From a bacterium (lineage in GTDB: Bacteria > Bacteroidota > Rhodothermia > Rhodothermales > UBA10348), in assembly GCA_013204185.1 (NCBI GenBank), contig JABMOI010000015.1:1-56609 (forward strand): 56,609 nucleotides of DNA, in the 5' to 3' direction. Each line of letters begins with the position of its first letter. Positions within the stretch are counted from its first letter, which is position 1. The translations under genes and the position numbers were made by a program. Below the pieces are notes generated by a model that was not told where the DNA came from, did not search any database, and worked only from the letters and a program-made list of their open reading frames with translations. Below, one piece after another: positions 20,259-30,891 of this stretch.

Positions 20259-20267
20259 CTTAAAGTA

Positions 20268-20320
20268 AGTTCAACTTTTGTTATTAACAAGTTCAACTAT
20301 CTTTTATGGAAAGTTGAACC
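20268..20320. promoter_or_regulatory. Array of three 9-bp palindromes at a 22-bp period immediately upstream of the nucleotidyltransferase
   Basis: AGTTCAACT (20268), AGTTCAACT (20290), AGTTGAACC (20312); each is preceded by A. Confidence 0.65.
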
Positions 20321-20409
20321 TCTTTTTCTTGTATTTCAAAAGGACACGGTCGGAGTGTATTCATACCTCTATTGGGATCTATTCCACGCCACAATCGGTT
20401 TGGCTCAAG

Positions 20410-23400
20410 ATGAAAAGGCGGCTTTCCTTCATACTAATAGGAGTCTTTCTTGGCCTGGTGGGGGCTGGGACGGCGCACGCCCAGTACTTCCGGTATGGGA
20501 AGAACAAGGTTCATTACGCGGAGCAGGAGTGGTTTTACATTCAGAGCCAACACTTTAACGTCTTTTATTATGGGGACGGGGAGTATTTGGCGGACTTTGC
20601 GACACGGGCGGCTGAGGAGGCGATGTCTTCGCTGGAGGAGTTGTTTGATTTTAGGCCGGATGAGCGTATTCCCATTATCGTTTACCCCAATCACGGGGAG
20701 TTTTCGGTAACCAATGCGGTAGACCTTCCCACGTACACGGATGGGATTGGGGGCGTCACGGAGATGTTCAAGAACCGCATTGCCATCCCATTTAGCGGGG
20801 ACTATTCGGATTTTAGGCGGGTGGTCCATCACGAATTGGTGCACGCCGTTATTAATGCCGTGTATTACGGCGGATCTATTCAGTCCTTGATTCAAACGGG
20901 TACCAAGATGCGGATTCCGCTGTGGTTCAACGAGGGGCTGGCCGAGTATCAGGCGTTGGGCTGGGATACGAATTCAGATATGTATGTCCGGGAAGCCATC
21001 CTTGAGGATGAGCTCGCGCCCATCGACGAACTTTACGGGTACTACGCGTACCGGGGCGGGCAGAGCGTTTGGGACTACATCGCTGAGCAATATGGGGATC
21101 AGAAGGTTGCTGAAATCCTGAAGCGGCTTCGGTCGGCTAGGTCGGTGGAGCAAGCCATTTTAAAGTCCATTGGGCTGAATTTGGATGAACTGAACGACCG
21201 CTGGCAACGCGCCCTCAGAGAGGTCTACTTCCCGGAAGTGACTGCGCGCGAATCCCTTGAGGAGATTGCCGAGCCCATCATCACAAGAAAACATGGGTTC
21301 TATAACACGAGCCCGGCGCTGTCTCCGCTTGGAGACCGGATTGCATTTGTGACCACGACAAGCGGATTGTTCGACATCTACATTGCTCGCACGGACGATG
21401 GGACCATAGAAAAGCGGTTGGTGCAAGGCCAGCTTTCGCAGGACTTTGAGGCGCTTCCTATCCTTACACCGGGCATCGCTTGGAGTCCTGACGGCAGGCA
21501 GATTGCGGTGGCCGTTCGAAGCGGAAGTACGGAGGCCATTGTGCTTATTGATGTGCTTACTGGGGTGGAACGCCGCATTGAAACGCCCCAATTTGCTCAG
21601 ATTTTGTCCATTTCTTGGAATCCAGATGGGATGAGGATGGCCGTGAGCGCCAGCAATGGGGTTCAAAGTGACATTTACAGTCTGAACCTAACGGACGGCG
21701 CAACGACGAACTTGACGGACGATGTGTACAGCGACCTCGAGCCCGCGTGGAGCCCAGACGGAGAAACCATCGTGTTCCATTCGGACCGCGGGGCAGACAC
21801 GGAGATGAGGAGTTTTACGCGTGAAACAACGCGCATTTTCGATAAACAGATTGAGCAGACGGACCTCTACATGCTCACCGAAACATCCCGATTTGCAAGG
21901 CGCCTGACAGTGGACGAAACCTGGAACGAGCGCAGCGCCAGGTTTGGGCGAGATCCAGACCGGATAGTGTTTGTGAGCGACAAGAACGGCATTCCCAATC
22001 TCTACGAAAAACATTTGATCAGCGGCCAAATCAGGGCGCTAACAGACCTAGATGTGGGCATTATTCAAGTCACGATGGCCTCCAAAAATGATGTGGCGGC
22101 CGTGGTTTCGCTCAAGAACGGGACGCCCACGATCTACGCCATTCGAAAGCCGTTTGAACGCTCTCAGCCCCGTGACCCACTCATGCCCAATGTGTGGGCG
22201 CAACGCGTCGATCAAACCGACTTTAGGGTGGCGCCCGCTCTCGCGGTGGCTGGCCGCGCCCGGTTGGAGGGCAACCCCTTCCTTCGCGACGCAAACGACG
22301 GTATTCCGTACTCGCGCGGGCGCCAAAGACTGCTCCCCGATCAACCCGTTCATGTGGCGCTCAAGGACCTAATCAAATCCACTTCTCAAGCAGATTCCAT
22401 CTCCAAATCTCTTTGGCAGAACCGAAAACAGATCGAACTGCCCGTGGACTCGTTCGCGCGCGGCGTGCAGGTTGACTTCGAGTCGCTTACGCGTCGGCCA
22501 GAGCCCGCGAATATCGAGGAGTTGATGCCCGCTTCGGCACTGCAGCTGAAACCAATTGTGGACGAAGAAGGCAACTACATTCCTCAGCGATACAAACTTC
22601 GGTTTTCGCCGGACATCGTGTATGGGGCAGCGGGATACGATGCCTTGTATGGCGTGCAGGGAATAACCCAGATGGAGTTTAGCGACATGCTGGGGGATCA
22701 CAAGATTATTGTGTCCTCCAACCTGCTGCTCGATCTGCGGAATTCGGATTATATGCTCGCCTACCACTACCTCCCTCGGCGGATAGACTGGTCGCTTTCG
22801 ACTTTCCATATCTCAAGGCTGCTGGCTGATTTTACGCTCGTGGACCCGACCTACTATCGGTACCGTCAGTATGGGGCGCACATTGAAGCGAGTATTCCCC
22901 TCGACAAATTCCACCGATTGGACGCCAGAATTGGCATTGTGGGGGTTAATCAGGCGGACGTAACGGACGTGACACGGCCTTCGAGCTCAAGAACCTTACT
23001 CGTGCCCTCCATCACCTATACCAAAGACACCACGACGCCCGGTTACACGTATCCCATTTCAGGATCCCGCCTGGCGGTTTCATTCTCGGGCGCTCCTACC
23101 AGTTTTGGTGACTCGTCTATTCGATTTGGAACCGTCTTGTTTGATGGCCGCTTGTATCGATCCTTCGGAAATGCCCGCTACACATGGGCCATGCGACTTT
23201 CGGCTGGGAGCTCCTTTGGGCCGTATCAACAAGTCTTCTATACCTCGGGCGTACAAAACTGGTTGAATCGCAATTTTGATGACGTAAACGGTTTTCCGCT
23301 GGACGATGTGGCCGATTTCGTGTTTGCAACGCCCATTATGCCGCTTCGAGGCTTCGATATTAACGCAGCCAACGGGAGCCACTTTTCAGTGATAAACGCC

Positions 23401-23718
23401 GAGTTCCGATTCCCACTGGTGGCGGCCTTGCTCCCTGGCCCCATTCCTGTTATCCCTTTGTATAACATTCAGGGGCAGGTATTCGCCGATGTTGGCAACG
23501 TTTGGGGAGGCCGTTCGTCCGTTGGCCAGTTTGGATCGAATGCAAATGGGAGCGCCGAGCGGCGTCCCCGACGATATGATGACCTGCTCATTGGTACAGG
23601 CTTTGGTATTCGAACGCTGTTTCTCGGATATCCGGTTCGACTCGATTTTGCATGGCCTTTCGACGGGAAAGAGTTCGGAGATCGACAGACGTACATCAGT
23701 GTTGGACTGGATTTTTAA
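20410..23718 (+). CDS. Omp85/BamA-family protein fused to an N-terminal zinc-peptidase-like domain and PD40/TolB propeller repeats
   Basis: Signal peptide from MKRRLSF (ATG 20410). HHELVH...WFNEGLAEY; repeats PALSPLG, AWSPDG, SWNPDG, PAWSPDG; barrel motifs PLRGF, NAEFRFP, FADVGNVW, GFGIR; terminal GLDF. Confidence 0.85.
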   Translation: MKRRLSFILIGVFLGLVGAGTAHAQYFRYGKNKVHYAEQEWFYIQSQHFNVFYYGDGEYLADFATRAAEEAMSSLEELFDFRPDERIPIIVYPNHGEFSVTNAVDLPTYTDGIGGVTEMFKNRIAIPFSGDYSDFRRVVHHELVHAVINAVYYGGSIQSLIQTGTKMRIPLWFNEGLAEYQALGWDTNSDMYVREAILEDELAPIDELYGYYAYRGGQSVWDYIAEQYGDQKVAEILKRLRSARSVEQAILKSIGLNLDELNDRWQRALREVYFPEVTARESLEEIAEPIITRKHGFYNTSPALSPLGDRIAFVTTTSGLFDIYIARTDDGTIEKRLVQGQLSQDFEALPILTPGIAWSPDGRQIAVAVRSGSTEAIVLIDVLTGVERRIETPQFAQILSISWNPDGMRMAVSASNGVQSDIYSLNLTDGATTNLTDDVYSDLEPAWSPDGETIVFHSDRGADTEMRSFTRETTRIFDKQIEQTDLYMLTETSRFARRLTVDETWNERSARFGRDPDRIVFVSDKNGIPNLYEKHLISGQIRALTDLDVGIIQVTMASKNDVAAVVSLKNGTPTIYAIRKPFERSQPRDPLMPNVWAQRVDQTDFRVAPALAVAGRARLEGNPFLRDANDGIPYSRGRQRLLPDQPVHVALKDLIKSTSQADSISKSLWQNRKQIELPVDSFARGVQVDFESLTRRPEPANIEELMPASALQLKPIVDEEGNYIPQRYKLRFSPDIVYGAAGYDALYGVQGITQMEFSDMLGDHKIIVSSNLLLDLRNSDYMLAYHYLPRRIDWSLSTFHISRLLADFTLVDPTYYRYRQYGAHIEASIPLDKFHRLDARIGIVGVNQADVTDVTRPSSSRTLLVPSITYTKDTTTPGYTYPISGSRLAVSFSGAPTSFGDSSIRFGTVLFDGRLYRSFGNARYTWAMRLSAGSSFGPYQQVFYTSGVQNWLNRNFDDVNGFPLDDVADFVFATPIMPLRGFDINAANGSHFSVINAEFRFPLVAALLPGPIPVIPLYNIQGQVFADVGNVWGGRSSVGQFGSNANGSAERRPRRYDDLLIGTGFGIRTLFLGYPVRLDFAWPFDGKEFGDRQTYISVGLDF

Positions 23719-23910
23719 CCAGCAAAGAACAGAGTTTCTGTGAAAACCATTGGCAGAAGGCTCGAATTGACCTCTTATTCCGAACCAAAATCTCCGTATT
23801 CGGTTTGTGGTCTGCTATTGCAAATTTTGGCCTCGACTTTTACTCCTGACTAATGGCGTCCAAGCACATGCTCGGCCCTCGATAAAGTCACCCACCCGGT
23901 TTTACTGACT

Positions 23911-25233
23911 ATGCAGACGGAAATCAAAAAAATTAACGATGTCGAGTTCGATCTCGAAATCACTGCCGCCGCCGCGGATCTAGCCGAACAGATCGATCAG
24001 GCTATTCGGACTCAACGCGCTCGCACATCCATGAAAGGATTTCGCGCAGGCAAAGTCCCGACCGCTCTTGTGCGCAAAATGTATGGCAAATCCCTCGCCT
24101 ACGGCATTGCAGAAGAAACCGTTCAGAACACGTTTCAGGAAGAAGTCCTTAAAAACAAAGAGTATGATGTACTAGGCCAGCCGGTCATCACCGACATAGA
24201 GTACGAATTTGAGGGTGACCTGAAAGCAGTCGTCCGGTTTGGCGTTCGCCCAACCTTCAAGCTGGAAGACCTTTCAAAAACGAAAGTGTCCCGTCTGGTT
24301 CATGAAACGAGTGACGAAGACGTTCAGAAAGAAATTGACGCGCTCCTCGGGCAGCATGCCGAACTAACACCTGTAGACGGCCCAGCGAAAGCTGATTCGT
24401 ATGTCACTGTGGACATGCAGCGCCTCGACGAAAAGGGTAAAACCCCAGAAGGCGATGTACAGAAAGATGTACCGTTCCTGCTTTCTGACGAAAATCTCAT
24501 CCCGGAATTGAGAAAAGCGCTGACTGGCCTGAAAGTGGGCAAGTCGAAGAAGGTGACTTTCCCAAGCCCTGATGGTGAATCCGATAGGCACTATGAAGTG
24601 ACACTAAACGACGTCAAACGTCGTGACCTACCGGAATTGGACGACGAAATGGTCAAGAAAGTGACCAACGACCAAGTTGAGGACGTAGCAACGCTACTCG
24701 GCCAGGTCAAAGATCAGTTGGTTTCGGGTTGGGACCAGCGTTCGAACGAGCTATTCCAGGCCGATGTCATCGAACGGCTGATTGATCTGCACGAATTTGA
24801 AGTGCCATCATCCGTCATCGAAATGTACTTGGACGCCTACCTCAAAGACGTCGCAGACAAGAACAAAGACAAAAAGCTGAAAGCTGGCTTCGATGTGGAA
24901 GGCTTCAAAGAAAGCCGCCGCGAACAAGCTGAGAATCAAGCTCGCTGGATGTTTATCCGGGACGCCGTCATTGCCGAGCATTCGTTCGACGTTACAGACG
25001 ACGATCGCGAGGCACATTTTGCGAAAATGGCAGCCCAAGGCGGATTCGGCGCGGACATGATGAAGTCATTTTATACCGCTCAGCCACAGCTCATGGACCA
25101 GATGGATCAAGGCATCCTGTCTGACAAAGTATTCGCTTTCCTAAGCGGATCCATGAAAGTGACTGAAATGGATAAAGACGCGTACGAAGCAGACGCCAAA
25201 AAAACGGCCGAAAAGAACGCTAAAAAGGGCTAG
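23911..25233 (+). CDS. tig: Trigger factor
   Basis: GFRAGKVP ribosome-binding signature; 440 aa; upstream of clpP. Confidence 0.95.
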   Translation: MQTEIKKINDVEFDLEITAAAADLAEQIDQAIRTQRARTSMKGFRAGKVPTALVRKMYGKSLAYGIAEETVQNTFQEEVLKNKEYDVLGQPVITDIEYEFEGDLKAVVRFGVRPTFKLEDLSKTKVSRLVHETSDEDVQKEIDALLGQHAELTPVDGPAKADSYVTVDMQRLDEKGKTPEGDVQKDVPFLLSDENLIPELRKALTGLKVGKSKKVTFPSPDGESDRHYEVTLNDVKRRDLPELDDEMVKKVTNDQVEDVATLLGQVKDQLVSGWDQRSNELFQADVIERLIDLHEFEVPSSVIEMYLDAYLKDVADKNKDKKLKAGFDVEGFKESRREQAENQARWMFIRDAVIAEHSFDVTDDDREAHFAKMAAQGGFGADMMKSFYTAQPQLMDQMDQGILSDKVFAFLSGSMKVTEMDKDAYEADAKKTAEKNAKKG

Positions 25234-25389
25234 AAGGGCGGTTTCGTTCGTTTGAGCGGCTAGTTGCGTTGACTTCATTGCGAATCGCGGACCTTTCCTT
25301 AGGCAATAGAGGAACCAGCCGATAACAGGATAGGTTCGACACCACACGTGTGCCGAGCGGTAATTCTGAACTAACAACAATTCGTTCCG

Positions 25390-26091
25390 ATGGTTGAAGA
25401 TTTTCTCAAGTTCTCCAAAAGTCTAAATAGCTACTCGATGCCGAGCAGCATTTACAGTGGAGGACTCTCGAGTGCTCCTATTTCCCAACTCGTTCCTATG
25501 GTTGTCGAGCAGTCGAGCCGTGGCGAACGTGCATATGACATTTTCAGCCGCTTGCTGAAAGAACGCATTATCATGTTGGGAACGCCTATCAACGATTCCG
25601 TAGCCACGCTGATGGTTGCGCAGTTATTGTACCTAACGAGCGAAGACCCAGCCCGCGATATTAACATTTACGTGAACTCACCGGGTGGTTCTGTAGATAG
25701 CGGACTCGCCATCTACGACACCATGCAGTTCGTCTCGTGCGATGTTTCGACCATCTGCGTCGGTCTTGCAGCATCCATGGGCGCTGTGTTATTAGCTGCA
25801 GGTTCGAACGGGAAGCGCGCTTCCCTACCTAACAGCCGCATCATGGTTCACCAGCCATTAGGTGGCGCTCAGGGCCAGGCATCGGATATCGAAATCCAGG
25901 CTCGCGAAATCATGAAAATGAAACAGGGCTTGTACGGAATCCTTGCGCATCACACAGGCCAGCCAGCCGATAAAATTGCGTCGGACGGAGACCGTGACTA
26001 CTGGATGAGCGCAGCCGAAGCCAAAGACTATGGTTTGATTGATAACGTGCTGATTCCCGGCCCGAAAAAATCGACCGAAAAGAAAGACTAA
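25390..26091 (+). CDS. clpP: ATP-dependent Clp protease proteolytic subunit
   Basis: [38 protein letters not shown] and RDYWMSA.EA motifs. Confidence 0.97.
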   Translation: MVEDFLKFSKSLNSYSMPSSIYSGGLSSAPISQLVPMVVEQSSRGERAYDIFSRLLKERIIMLGTPINDSVATLMVAQLLYLTSEDPARDINIYVNSPGGSVDSGLAIYDTMQFVSCDVSTICVGLAASMGAVLLAAGSNGKRASLPNSRIMVHQPLGGAQGQASDIEIQAREIMKMKQGLYGILAHHTGQPADKIASDGDRDYWMSAAEAKDYGLIDNVLIPGPKKSTEKKD

Positions 26092-26109
26092 CCGGCTTTT
26101 CTGATATGT

Positions 26110-26152
26110 ATAGAGCGGGGCGCATTTACTTTGTAAATGCGCCCCGCTCTAT
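26110..26152. terminator. Bidirectional terminator hairpin after clpP
   Basis: ATAGAGCGGGGCGCATTTAC-ttt-GTAAATGCGCCCCGCTCTAT followed by TTT; lies between convergent genes. Confidence 0.8.
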
Positions 26153-26166
26153 TTTATACCTTCGTT

Positions 26167-26532
26167 TTAAAACCGGATAGCTGGTAAGTTCGCACGCTTA
26201 ATGACGCGGTAAACACTGTTTACGTACGCATCATTCATACAAATAGCGTCCTTAGATCCCGTCATGGCTGAAATATTTCCGCCTTGCTCAACCGCCATGC
26301 AGACGCCACCTTCCGAGCACCTAGCTGGCACGTCAGGGTGCATATTTTCGCAGTGTAGAGTTGACGAGGCTTCGTAATACACAGGGTCAATTCCCTTTAT
26401 CTCGTATCGGGTTTCTGAACTCCCAATTACGATGGTATCGCCCAATTCAATAGGCTCATTGGATCGAAGATCTTTAGGGGCAAAACTGGCGCACCCCGCA
26501 ATCAGCATGATTAGAAGGCTTACTTTTTTCAT
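26167..26532 (-). CDS. Small Cys-containing hypothetical lipoprotein
   Basis: ATG 26532 gives MKKVSLLIMLIAGC (lipobox) with an AGAGGA RBS-like sequence upstream, plus four more Cys. The track's longer start overlaps the next gene. Confidence 0.6.
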   Translation of the reverse strand: MKKVSLLIMLIAGCASFAPKDLRSNEPIELGDTIVIGSSETRYEIKGIDPVYYEASSTLHCENMHPDVPARCSEGGVCMAVEQGGNISAMTGSKDAICMNDAYVNSVYRVIKRANLPAIRF

Positions 26533-26676
26533 TTGATCCTCTGCCTCGTTGTTTAGAGAATATGACAAACTGAATCGAATCCTGCAAATAGCGGCTATTT
26601 TACGATATTTTTGCTCTTCGCATTGCCCAAAGCGTATCTGTTTGTGTAGTTTCGACGGATAAATATCATCAAGCCC

Positions 26677-27264
26677 ATGAAGTCCGTATCCCCCGTTGTT
26701 TTGAGTGGTACCCACGTTCGGCTGGAGCCGCTTTCGCTCGAACATATTGACGCGCTGTGCGAGGTAGGATTAGATCCATCCCTTTGGACCTGGAATCCAT
26801 CGCCGGTTCGCGACAAGTCAGACATGCAGGCCTACGTTGAGTCCGCGCTGCAAGCACGGGATCACGGGAGCATGTTTCCCTTTGCCACCATTGAGCTGCA
26901 GAGTGGAAAGGTCATTGGAAGCACTCGGTATGGCAATATCGCGTTGGAGCACAGGAGGTTAGAGATTGGCTGGACCTGGATTGCTCCGCAATGGCAGCGA
27001 ACTGCCATAAACACCGAAGCGAAGCTCCTCATGCTTCGGCACGCATTCGGCCCGTTGGAGTGCAACCGCGTGGAGTGGAAAACAGATTCCCTTAATGAGC
27101 AATCTCGCAACGCCATTCTTCGTTTGGGCGCCCAGTTTGAAGGGACTCACCGGAGTCACATGCTCGTGGCCGATGGTCGCATTCGGGACACCGTGTATTT
27201 TAGCGTGATCAAATCCGAATGGCCCTCTATTGAAGCCGGATTGGTTCAAAAGCTAAACCGCTAA
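26677..27264 (+). CDS. GNAT N-acetyltransferase (RimJ/RimL-like)
   Basis: L.G.HVRLEPL, GSTRY, EIGWTW, NTEAKLLML.HAF and N..SR.AI.RLGA.FEG motifs. Confidence 0.92.
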   Translation: MKSVSPVVLSGTHVRLEPLSLEHIDALCEVGLDPSLWTWNPSPVRDKSDMQAYVESALQARDHGSMFPFATIELQSGKVIGSTRYGNIALEHRRLEIGWTWIAPQWQRTAINTEAKLLMLRHAFGPLECNRVEWKTDSLNEQSRNAILRLGAQFEGTHRSHMLVADGRIRDTVYFSVIKSEWPSIEAGLVQKLNR

Positions 27265-27469
27265 AACGGATGTCCACCCCATTCTGACATGGACTCTTTC
27301 GGGCGTTTCCGGGTACGATTTGGACGATTTTCAAATTGAGCCAGCGTCCTTGCGTTGCACGTGCGTTTTGCGCCCAGAGCGAATGAATATTGAGTAAGAA
27401 TCCGGCATTTAGTTGCCCCGTTGGCGTTCTATGTCGATCATAGTAGCAATATGTTTTTTATGCTTCTAA

Positions 27470-29680
<2,211 letters not shown>

Positions 29681-29714
29681 TCGAAACCCTAGTTCAAAGC
29701 CTATCTTGATTTCG

Positions 29715-29761
29715 GAGAGTGGTTGGCGCGCCTAAAAGGCGCGCCAACCACTCTCTTTTTA
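29715..29761 (+). terminator. Intrinsic terminator after katG
   Basis: GAGAGTGGTTGGCGCGCCT-aaa-AGGCGCGCCAACCACTCTC followed by a T run. Confidence 0.85.
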
Positions 29762-29933
29762 TTCGACTCGTAAGGTATCCACGGGCTTACCGGTGTGGAA
29801 GTAGAAGGTCAACGGTGAGCAAGGTCAAAAACGATTGCCCGGGAAACTTGCTCCTTGCGGTGAGCTACAACGAATACGAAAAGCTGCGCCGCGATTGCTG
29901 CACTACGAAAGTACCCTGAAAGCACCTACTACC

Positions 29934-30383
29934 ATGCCTACCTCTATCTTGACTCGTCTTTTTTGCGCCTTTCTCCTCTCTGCAACTCTCTTGGGTTGCG
30001 GTAGTGATTCAATGGTGGACTCCTCCTCAAATACGGAGGAAAAAGAGGTTGTAAACACTTCGACGCTCAGAATGGGTCCGTTTTTGCCCGCGGCGGCTGG
30101 GAAAGAAGCGGCAGGATCTGCCACGCTACGAACTCTAGAAAACGGTTCTCTCCGCCTCGACTTCAGTACCAACTTCAGCCTCACAAATGGCCCAGGCCTC
30201 TTCGTTTTCCTGTCCAATTCGGAGTTCCTTTCCGACGACGCCGTAAACCTGGGTTCATTTATTAGCCCATCAGGGGAGCAAATGTATACAATCCCAGAAG
30301 GCGTTTCGCTGGAATCCTTCACCCACGTGACGGTGCATTGCGTCCCGTACAATGTGACCTTCGCCTACGCAGAGTTGAAGTAA
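29934..30383 (+). CDS. DM13 domain lipoprotein
   Basis: ATG 29934; lipobox LLGC; NF...NGPGL.VFLS, LG......G.Q.Y.IP, V.VHC..Y.V.FA.A.L. Confidence 0.8.
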   Translation: MPTSILTRLFCAFLLSATLLGCGSDSMVDSSSNTEEKEVVNTSTLRMGPFLPAAAGKEAAGSATLRTLENGSLRLDFSTNFSLTNGPGLFVFLSNSEFLSDDAVNLGSFISPSGEQMYTIPEGVSLESFTHVTVHCVPYNVTFAYAELK

Positions 30384-30432
30384 CACATCTTTGAGCCGTC
30401 TTCTTAGGAAGCCGCCCAATGCGGTTTTCTGC

Positions 30433-30879
30433 TCATCTAGGGGTCACTCCTTTTTTCAGAATCAGATTTCCATATTTGCGTAGTTCACCCGTCACAACAA
30501 CTACATACGCTTCCCCTGCGCGTTCATAAAACGCATGGCGCTCTAGTCGAATGGGCGAAGAAGACATGGGCTCGTGCTTGCGAATGGCTTCCATGTAATC
30601 GCGTTCAACCGCCGGATCGAACTCGTCCCCCGGGACGGTTTGCATCATGATCAAGGGGTCCTCGTACGTATCGAGCGCAAACAACGGAAGGATTGCGCCA
30701 AGCAACTGAGCAACTGTAACTCCATCTGCCCGAAGGACATAGGGGCGCCCTTGCCCCCCAGACGCAATCGAGTGCCCAGGAAAATGCGCATCGGCCAGTA
30801 CGAATTCATCCCCATGTCCCATTTCGGCGAGTGCCTTCAACAGGTCTGGGCTAATGAGCGGAGAGATTCCTTTTAGCAT
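30433..30879 (-). CDS. fucU: L-fucose mutarotase (RbsD/FucU family)
   Basis: [40 protein letters not shown] and TGE.RKYGN.ILKKGV motifs. Confidence 0.92.
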   Translation of the reverse strand: MLKGISPLISPDLLKALAEMGHGDEFVLADAHFPGHSIASGGQGRPYVLRADGVTVAQLLGAILPLFALDTYEDPLIMMQTVPGDEFDPAVERDYMEAIRKHEPMSSSPIRLERHAFYERAGEAYVVVVTGELRKYGNLILKKGVTPR

Positions 30880-30891
30880 GTCTAACCAGAT

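Noticed and set aside
18413-20400. Cassette as an IS element or prophage remnant
   Set aside because: No transposase or integrase, and no terminal inverted repeats or target duplication were recognisable.
26533-26745. Long N-terminal extensions in the ORF track (also 15034, 20278, 29835, 47698, 54779, 6143)
   Set aside because: Downstream starts give proper signal peptides or family N-termini and avoid implausible overlaps.
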